DNA from: Ascidiella aspersa
Lineage: Eukaryota
Assembly (NCBI GenBank): GCA_963924565.1
Contig: OZ004609.1
Span: 19,220,001-19,284,000 of the forward strand
DNA length: 64,000 nucleotides
Direction: 5' to 3'
The translations under genes were made by a program, and so were the position numbers. Shown here piece after piece: positions 40,545-50,100 of this stretch (within the stretch, counting starts at the first letter, position 1; the number at the start of each line of letters is the position of its first letter). The notes beneath the pieces are model-generated. The model was not told the DNA's origin. It did not search any database and saw only the letters and a program-made list of their open reading frames with translations.

Positions 40545-41646
40545 GATGAGCGCCCGCACGGGGAGGCAAGGGGGGCACTTGCCCCTCCCCCCCCTGGAAT
40601 TTCAAAATGCGATTGCCCCTATTGGTGTATCCAGGGGAGCGGGAGTTCTTACCCCCTTTTTGTAAGTGATATTGTCGTTTTTTGTTCGTTTTTGTCATGG
40701 TTTAACAAACTGTTCGAAGCGGCGTGCTTTTTAAGTAATTGGGCCACGCGTCTTAATCTGATGCGAAACCAAAATCGAGCGCAAAACGCCGTTTTTCGTC
40801 TTTTGTTTGGTCGACCGTAAACGATGGAAGTTTTTCTCTTTCGTTATTTGTTTAGCTTGACTGATCTGATTAGCAAGTGTGTATTAGACAATTGACAACG
40901 CTAAGTCAAACCTTCTTCCTTTTTTTGTCGCTAAAAAACGTAGAGTTATACGCAGTATGTTCGTCGCTGAGTCGCTGTTCGGTCTATGTGGGTGTAACAT
41001 CGACATTTGTTTAACTGAAGCAGATTCTTAAAAGGAGGTATAATGGTGACTGTCGTGCGCGTTACAAAGTCTCCATTTTTAAGTAATGATGGTTAACGCA
41101 AAATTATGCTCTTTATTGCATACCGTACCCTAAGACCACGTGCTAAGTGTGCAATGGACACAACTTATTTCCCCTCAACCGCAGCTTGTAATTTAGCTGA
41201 CGGCGCAGATGTTGCGCTAATCGTGGCATAATAACACCCGGAAAAAACGATCTTTGTTTTAGTATTGCAGGTGGTGAAAGACGTGCTTGTAATTGCGCTT
41301 GTTCCGTTCATGGCACTTGAAAAACTGCGCTGCTGATAGTCGAAATATGTGAATCTTCACGGTCTTGGTTCACCGTGATTTTGCAGCTGGCGCCTGACAG
41401 GATTCTCGACGACGCACGTGGTCGCTTTTGCTGGACGTATTTGGCTGTTTCTGATTAGTTTTTTCATCACGTCTTGCGATCACCATTCTATGACGTCATG
41501 CTGTCACTGTTTTATGACTTCATTATTCATAAACGTCAGACGAAAATAGGGGAATTCCTTAAGTTGAAAATTCAGGACCCCCCTTTTTGATTTTCTGGTT
41601 ACTCCCCTGATTTCCCCCCCTGGAAAATTTTCTGCGGGCGCCCCTG
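40545..41646. mobile_element. Composite hAT-type non-autonomous element (outer element with a nested inner element at about 40620-41608)
   Basis: Perfect 8-bp TSD CCACAGGC (40537-44 and 41647-54); ends GATGAGCGCCCGCA / TGCGGGCGCCCCTG; inner element flanked by ATTGCCCC/ATTTCCCC; homologous to 61290-62908. Confidence 0.85.
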
Positions 41647-42171
41647 CCACAGGCCTATACTTTGTTCCACGAACAAAAGAGATTATACTTTAGTGCCATT
41701 CATGAAGATTTTTTCTACGGCCATCTAACCCCTCAGGGGCTCGATCAGTTAGCAATAGACCGATTCAGGGGCGAGAAAACTTTTCAAGTCGCGAGTCACA
41801 TTTCCAATTCACTACTTTATTAAATAGTCGCCTAGAGTGGATTAATCTGTGAAGTTTTTTCCATGCTAATGTACATCTGTTGGCTTTGCATTTTCTTAAA
41901 GAAAGGATTTTTCTGCAAGTATTGCGTTATATTTGCTTCTTAGGAGATTCGCGAAGTCAAATTAAATCGATTAGTCAAAACTCTTGTGCGAAAATATACA
42001 CATTTAACAGAAAAAAATGGTCATTTGACGTCTCATCTTGTGCATGGCTTTCACAGTGAATGTCTACGACAAGCAACAGAACTAGGCCTGCGCATAAAAA
42101 ATGGGCAACAAGCGAATTCGGCTTTTGAAACGCAGCGACAGACAGCGGCAAATTGGCACTTGACTCTAAAA

Positions 42172-42888
42172 CAGGGGTGGGCAATTATTTTTAGCCGCGG
42201 GCCGGATGAGAATTCTAAAATGTTATAGCGGGCCGGATCAAAAATATGATATAAAATACATGCAATACGCGCGAAGCGCGAAAAAATTGCGACTATATAT
42301 ATATATGTTTTAAAATGCAAACTTTACTTTATATTTAGCACAGACAAAAAAATGTACAGTACATTGCTTGATGTATTGGCGTTTATCAAGATATAGGGTG
42401 CGTTGACCCAAAAGTTAGGATTAAAATACATAAAAATTACGTACAAAAAAAACTACAATGTTTTTTTCTTGTTTTTAAAGCTTTAAGATACCGGTGTGTT
42501 ACCTGCGGTACAACGGCCTTATTGCAAAGACGATATAAATCGGGAGAAACACACAACATGGTATTAACTAAAATAGGTTGACAAAATGTAAATCGGTATA
42601 TTTCAGAGTTTAGCGTTCATATTTTAAAGACAAAATACTTTTGACGCGCAAAAAATATATAAATATTAGGCTAAGTTTACTAAATTTTCGTTGGAGAGAG
42701 TGCCACAGTGCAAAGGTCGCTATTTGTCTGTAAAATTGTCAAAAATCGTGTGAAACAAACGAGAAAAACAAAAAAGATCCGTGCCGTCTTGACTTAGCCT
42801 ATGTATTTTAAGGAAAATAAGCCGCGGGCCGGATTAAACTGCTTGGCGGGCCGGATCCGGCCCGCGGGCCGTATGTTGCCCAGGTCTG
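42172..42888. mobile_element. hAT-Charlie-type MITE
   Basis: TIRs CAGGGGTGGGCAA / TTGCCCAGGTCTG; GCGGGCCGG subterminal repeats; perfect TSD CTCTAAAA. Confidence 0.9.
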
Positions 42889-43507
42889 CTCTAAAACCTT
42901 TACTCTCGAGGAAACTTTCGATCTCTCCTTCAGCTTATGGTCCAATCTGGCGACACTGTTCTCGAACGCCATATAAATGAAGCTTTTCGTAATGCGCAGT
43001 ATATTCCCCCATTGGTCAAAATGAGCTGATTGAAGCCATCGATGTCACAATGCGTAAAGTTGTAGTGAGGGAGGTTACGAGTCCAACTTTTTTGCAATTT
43101 TAGCGGACGAAACCGCCGACTTCTCGAAGCAGGAACAACTGAGCTTGTGTCTCCGCTACGTTCCCGACTTCCGCATTTGCGACAGATTCCTATGTTTTGC
43201 CGTGGCACCAAATTTAAACAAATTATTGGTATACTTCTAGACTCCGGAGTGGATATTTCTTTTATGGTGGCCCGGGGTTATGACGGCACAGCAGCTATGT
43301 CTGGGCAACATAATGGCGTGCAAAAGTATGTCTGAGACAAATGTCCAAATTCTGTTTACGTACATTGTGCGGCACACGACCTGGATCTCTGTCTGGCCAA
43401 AGCTTTAAATGTGCCACCAATATCTGCGGCACTAGCCACTATTCAATCTACAGCAGTATTATTTTCTGATTCTAATAAAAGGATGGCCTCTCTGCAATCG
43501 TTTATAC

Positions 43508-44255
43508 CAGAGGTTTTCAACCTATGGGCCATGGCCCAGTAGTGGACCATGACGCTGTTTTCAGTAGGCCACAGAGTTTTGTGTACAGTGATGTCAAACA
43601 GCGTGTCATTATGAACACATAAGAGTCCGACAGATAAATAACAAAAGCCTCGACCTAATGTTGTTATATTGTTTTCAAATTTTACACCAACGTGAAAAGG
43701 GAGATTAACCATGCGCTCGAAACCCAAAAAATATCATACAAAAAAAAAATTGTAAAAATATTATTGGCATTTTATAATTAGTCTTGTTAGTCTTGGGAGT
43801 TGTTTCGAAAAATATCTTGAGTTGCAAAATATAAAGCACCAATGTCTGGTTTCATTTTCCAAATGCTATCAAAAGCCCTCTGTTTTCCGTTAGCTGTTGC
43901 AAGGAAGTACAATTTTTAGGACTCTTAACTGGTTTCAGAATTAAGTCTGTAAAACCGCAAGAAGATAAAGGAATGTAATATGTAAAATTTCGCGCATTTT
44001 ATTATAAACTACTTATTTTTATATTGGCTGCTCATGATATTTACTGCACTGCTTTATATATTGAACTACTCGCCTGGGCGGTCCCCATCCACGCCATTAA
44101 GTATGGGGCGACGTAACACATTTGAAATAATGTACAAGCTTTATTAATTTATTGTGTTGTTGAAACTTTATGTTTTTCGTTAAACGTTAAATGGGCCACC
44201 GCCATTTTTTTACTAATTTAGTGGGCCATGAGCAAAAAAAGGTTGAAAACCCCTG
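43508..44255. mobile_element. hAT-Charlie-type MITE
   Basis: TIRs CAGAGGTTTTCAACC / GGTTGAAAACCCCTG; perfect TSD GTTTATAC. Confidence 0.9.
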
Positions 44256-44648
44256 GTTTATACGATCTGTTGTCCAAAAAACGCTCACACAAGATTGTAG
44301 CAACACGATGGATCGAAAAGCAGACTATGGTTTTGACATTCAGAGACCTTTACCCTGCTGTTGTCGCAGCATTAGATTCTTCGACTTCGTGTCCTCGCAA
44401 CGGAGGTAAAGCGCTGATGTTAATGAAAGCTATCAGTGAGCAATCATTGTTAGTTGCTCTGGAGGTTACTGCAAGAGTATTGGAAGTTACTAAACCGTTA
44501 GCAATGCTCCCCCAAACTGTCTCTTTGGATTTGGATAAGGCTGCAGCATCTGTAAATAACTGCGTTGGCATAGTGAAGCAGATGCGAGAAGATGACAACT
44601 TTCCAATGTTATTTCGAAGGCCAAGGCACGCCATGGCGGTCCTATAAC

Positions 44649-45131
44649 CAGACTTGTAGCCTACAACAAGATTTATTTTAGCTTTTTAAAATTGGATTAA
44701 AATTAAAATTTGAGCATTTTAGTTTTTCCAAATTAGATTAGAACTAGAATTAGACCGTGTTAAGTTTTCTCAAATTAGATTAGAATTACCGAATTCCTAA
44801 AAAATCAAATTTTAACTCGCAAAATTATTCTAATAAGAACTTGAATGGTAAATGTGTGTGTACTAATTTTTCGTCGTTTGATGATGTTTAGATTGTAAAA
44901 ATGACATACAAGTCATTCCAGCCAAAGAGTTTTAAATGAAATTCTTCGATTTAATTGAGAGACTAAAAAAGCCGTTGAAAAAATTTAGCATTTTTTTTGT
45001 AAAATCCGAATTGGATTAGAACTAGAATTAGAGCTCACAAGCAATTCACAAATTAGATTAGAACTAAAATTAGCCGCATTTTGCTGTAATTTATTCAATT
45101 GAAACTAGAATTATCTAGTTGTCTAAGTCGG
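44649..45131. mobile_element. hAT-type MITE, copy 1
   Basis: Perfect TSD CCTATAAC; ends related to CAGACTTGGACAACTAGAT; internal AATTAGATTAGAACTAGAATTAG repeats. Confidence 0.88.
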
Positions 45132-45366
45132 CCTATAACGCCGCCCCGAATTATTCGACGCCAAGTTCAAAGAGGAAACGCCCCGGCCTATCCTCCGGCG
45201 AAATGTTTTTACCCCTTTATTGATACTGCCATATGAGAGCTTCGTGAACGGTTTAATGAACACTCTGCCAAGGCACTGTCCATGCAGTCTCTTCTTTCGA
45301 AGTTCTGTATAAACGAACCGTTCGGGCTGATCAAAGCTGTTGTTGAAGAGTTTGGTCGCTTCCTTC

Positions 45367-45878
45367 CAGACTTGGACAACTAGATAATTCTAGTTTTCTA
45401 ATTCATTGAATTAGAGCAAAATGCGGCTAATTCTACTTCTAATCTAATTTGTGAATTGCTTGTTTGCTCTAATTCTAGTTCTAATCTAATTTGGATTTTA
45501 CCAAAAATGCTACTTTGTCCAACGGCATTTTTAGTCTTTCAGTTCAAACACAGAATTTAAATTTAAATTTTCTGGTTGGAACGACTTGGATGTAATTTAT
45601 ACAGGCTAAAAAGCATACAAATTAGCACACACATATTTACCATTCACGTTCTTATAACAAAAAATTGTGATTAAATTAAATTGGTTGTAAAAACTAAACG
45701 TGATTCTAGTTCAAATTTGATTTTTTAGGAATTCGGTAATTCTAATTCTAATCTAATTTGAAAAAAACTCAAAACGATCTAATTCTAATTCTAATCTAAT
45801 TTGGAAAAACTAAAATGCTCTAATTTTAATTCTAATCTAATTTTAAAAAACTAAAATAAATCTAGTTGTCCAAGTCTG
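45367..45878. mobile_element. hAT-type MITE, copy 2 (inverted relative to copy 1)
   Basis: Perfect 19-bp TIR CAGACTTGGACAACTAGAT; perfect TSD CTTCCTTC. Confidence 0.92.
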
Positions 45879-46036
45879 CTTCCTTCCAGGACCGAAAGAT
45901 GTAGTAGAAGTTGAGTTTTTGCGATGGAAAAACCACTGGAAGCGCCAAGAAGTCAAACCAACAAATATGATTGATGTATTGAAAGCAGCAAGTGAACTGC
46001 AGACATTTCCCTGAATTTCGAAATTGCTGCAAATAT

Positions 46037-46270
46037 GTACACCGAAAGCCATCGCAGACTCACCGAATCTGTTGATCTATGATGCAAGCAGGGCAGACTA
46101 GGAAAACAACTAGCCTGCAGTGAGGTTCGAACTCACGACCTCCGGTCAAGCCGGGACCGTCGCTCTGCAGGCTCAGAAGGGAACGAGTCGAGAAACAACC
46201 ATACGCCAATGCTTCAATCTGTTAGTAGCCTACAATCAACCTCATTTAAGGGGATCCACAGTACCATATC
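46037..46270 (-). mobile_element. tRNA-derived (SINE-like) insertion
   Basis: Flanked by a 14-bp direct repeat ATTGCTGCAAATAT (46023-36, 46271-84); contains B-box GAGTTCGAACC and a tRNA-like fold at 46113-46172. Confidence 0.7.
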
Positions 46271-47156
46271 ATTGCTGCAAATATTTGCGACTTTTTCAGT
46301 CACAACTGCATCAAGTGAGCGTTCATTCAGTACATTAAAATTTACCTGCGTTCTGTTATGGGTGATCCTCGATTGAATGACCTTGGCTCTTTATTTATTC
46401 ACCGCGACATTTAATTAAATTACGAAGACGTATTTATGGAATTTTCGAAAAAAATGGACGTATAGACTTCATAGATAGGGTATATTTGACCCTGAGTGTA
46501 TATTTTCTATTTCTTCCATTCTTCTTTCGTTTCCGCTAAAAAACGTACTAAGTGTTACATGTATACGATCGAATCGTGGCTATAACGTTCGTTAATTACA
46601 GCAACAGTAAGGGCTTCACAGGTCCTTATAGGCTAACCAGCATTTAAGCCACTGAAGGCTGTTTCTTCGTCAAACCATTGCTTACGGATAAAAAGACTAA
46701 TGGAAAAGAGTGGAGCAGTACCAAACTTATTGCAATATACACCTTTGTCGAACTTTAACTCAGCTCTGACTCCTCTCCTAAAAAAGAACGACAGCATAGT
46801 GGCAAGGCAAAAGTAATCCGTTTATTGTTGCCAAAAGTAGAACAGAGCAAAACGTCCAAAATTCGAAGAGAGTTGGTCAAAAATAAAAAGAGAATGAGGC
46901 GAGATGGAACAAAAATCTTGGTAAAATGTCCAAGGACTCACTCTTCTGTAAAACAAAAAAATAATTTTAAGACTACTGTCGTATTGGTTTAGTTAACTTC
47001 AAAAAGCATTAACAGGCAGTACAAGTTTCCAATAGACTTTTATTAGGAGCACGATGGTTACGAATAATACGATAGCAACAACGAAAAGTAAATTTGGCTG
47101 TGAGAACTTTGTCACTGGAAGGAACAATAATCTTTAGCGATAGTGTCCATGCGATG

Positions 47157-50100
47157 TTAGTCTTTTTGTGGTGCTTCTGCAAATATGGAGAGAGATAAAA
47201 TACGTTAGAAGTGTATTGTTAATACACGGTATATAATTGATACATGCAAAACAATAACGCAAATTAATATCACGCATTCAGCGAACTTTTATAAATATTG
47301 GTCCAAGTTACAGGAGTAATTCTAACAGATAAATCCTGTAAAAAGCATTAACTATTTTAATATTTTTTAAATAGCAAAGCATTTTCGGTTTGATTTAAAA
47401 ACATTGAATTGAAAAATAATGGGTTAGCTTACCAACAAAAATTATGGTGTCTTTTTCAACTTCTTGTGAAATAGGAGCTGAATCAAAAACATTGGGTTAA
47501 CTAACTCTAAACAGGAAATATCTAATATTACTATAATTACCAGTTATGTGCTCATCCGATTCGGTGGTTATCTAAAAACAAAACTGCAGTTTTAGGCGCT
47601 GTGTTGCTTTTTCACTACACATGAATTTAAATTCCAGACACAGTTATCTAGTTAATGCAATATTTTAGCACCTTACGCGAATCTATATCGTTTTTGCAAT
47701 ATGGCCATGGCGCCGTGAGGTAACCTTCGTAATCAAGGAAAACGCAATGTATTTTATTTTGCAGTGCGTGTGAACTTTTTACACTGTTTCTGTGCAGCCA
47801 GTGGAGGGAATGGCCGTTATCACTTTATTGCCAAATCACTTGTAATTGTTGTGTGCCTTGCGCCGCCTTAGGTATTTAATGAGTATCATACCAAAATAGT
47901 ATTTGCCTATTTCTCTATTTACCGATTACATACAAGTGAGCAAACAAAATATCAACAAAAATCTTTATAAAAAATTGCGTTTGTATGGTTTAGGTTTATA
48001 TTTTATTTAGGGCACTAGTTTAATATCTCATTGAAAAGTTGAAAAAGAAAAGTTTTTGAAAAGCGGGATACCTTTTATCGTTTTACTAACATGACAAAAA
48101 TTGTAATTTGATTAGGCCTTCCTGTCCAAAACAAACATCCTAGATCTGTCCCGCCTGCACTATACGCTATTTTGGGAGTATTCTAGAGTTGGCTAATTCT
48201 GCATCTGTTATCAATTTGTCAGGTTAAGCTTCAATAACCTATAAGTTAGCTACACATAGGAAATCTAAACACCAATATAACAATTTAATGGTGAAAATAA
48301 CGGCCCAAATAGACGTTAAAAGCGACATGCTTTATTTTTAAACGTCTCGGCAATTTCTAATGCCATCATCAGTGATATGAAGGCCACATCGGTTGCACCC
48401 GTTTATACACACTTTGGTCGCACCAAGAAATGATAAGAATGATTCTTATGATCACGATGTGGCCTTCATATCACTGATGATGGCATTAGAAATTGCCGAA
48501 ACGTTTGAAAATAAAGCATGTCGCTTTTAACGTCTATTTGGGCCGTTATTTTCACCATTAAACTTATGAACAGATCCGTTTATAGTGTTCCAAAATATGA
48601 CAATTCATATACATAAAACTTCCACAGATACGCAGTACACAAAATATGGTAACCATGAACTAGGGAAACTATATTACAAAAGTGTGCAATGTGTACACTA
48701 GCTTTCCAAAATCCATTTTAAAACACATATTATTGTAAATTTTAGTTAAAAAAAAGTTAACCTCTGTCGCAGTTTCATGATCACTGATGTCATTATCAGC
48801 ATCAGCTGCTGTTAGTTCGGCACCATCTTCCTCATCATCTTCTGGATAAAACGGAAAATTCAATAAAAAACACAGAAAAAGGGTTAACACAATTGTTATT
48901 GAACTATTTTAAAGCTTTTCTGTGTTGCCAGGAAAACATGATAAAATAAACATTGAAAAATGTAAAATCTTAAGTGTGCCTTATTGTTGAGAACAAACTT
49001 GTATAAGTACAGATTAATGAGAAGAGTATATCTGAATTTGACAGCGTATGGTTTGCATTAACTATCTCGAACAAATAATGTCACATGGACATTAAATGAT
49101 TTAACAATCACCTTAATAATTGTCTGACCACTTTAGTTTATAATAATTAAAACACACTACATGCACATGACAGAATTAACAGCAAAATGCAATATTTGTA
49201 AAATTAAAAGACTTAATCAGTTAGTTGTAAATTAAAAATATCCTCACCTGCAATATTCTATAAACACTGCAGAGGCCTGGTCATCTTGAACCGTAGGCTT
49301 TTTAAATTACAGAGCCTGCCTGATCCAGATTACAAATTACAATTTCTTACTAAATAAAATTACAACTTTGTCACAAGGTTCTTTGTTACTCTGTCATGTG
49401 CATCTAGCTAAATCTTGAAAACTTCAAATTAAATATTAATCATGCAAATAAAGCAAATAATGCATCAATATATGTTATGCATCCAACCCTGATAATATTC
49501 ATTACCATATTCTTAAAAAAAAATTACAAAAAATACTGCAAAATAGGATATACCAGCAAACCTATTTGTTAAACAAAACATCACTTTTAATATGTAAAAT
49601 AGTAATCAATTAACATAAAAAAATGTCAATCTTTAACTGATATCATATTTCTATTTGGTATTAAAATAAACGGAATCTTAGCAAAAACATTTAAAATTGG
49701 AATAATATCAAGAGTTATATAAAACCAAATTCAATACAAGACCAAATTTAGACAACATCTATGTCGTCAAATGGCCAAGACCGGAGTACAATAAACCGCC
49801 TAGGATTTAAACAACCTCTGACACTTCTCAAATATTAAACCAGAAACCCCACCACTAACTTTGTAGATGTTTTGAGAGATTTATGACCCATTCTGATGGG
49901 TTTAAAAACTTTTTTGTCAAATGTAGGTCTTGTTCAATACTATATATTATTGTAAATTAGGTTTTATTTCAACAATGTTAGAGATGTTCAAAGTAGAATA
50001 TTGGATCATTAGATTTGAATCTAAATTAAATTCAAGTACAATTTTACTGTTTATATCAGGTAATTGGAACCAATCTAATTGTTCGTTTTTCCACGGGAGG

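Larger units (their letters stand above)
41986..46475 (+). pseudogene. Decayed hAT transposase of the ZMYM1/THAP12 type, interrupted by five insertions
   Basis: Frameshifted segments SGDTVLERHI..NAQY..QNELIE, FFAILADETADFSKQEQLSLCLRYV, GYDGTAAMSG, YVHCAAH, TRW, and a C-terminal dimerisation motif VTTASSERSFSTLK..RLNDL..IHRDI. Confidence 0.9.
48284..48562. repeat. Long inverted repeat (108-bp arms, 63-bp spacer, 2 mismatches); Penelope-like terminal-repeat remnant
   Basis: 48284-48391 is the reverse complement of 48455-48562; each arm carries a hammerhead motif followed by AATAAA. Confidence 0.9.

Noticed and set aside
46113-46172. Functional tRNA gene
   Set aside because: No D arm or A box, non-canonical anticodon loop, and it lies inside an insertion
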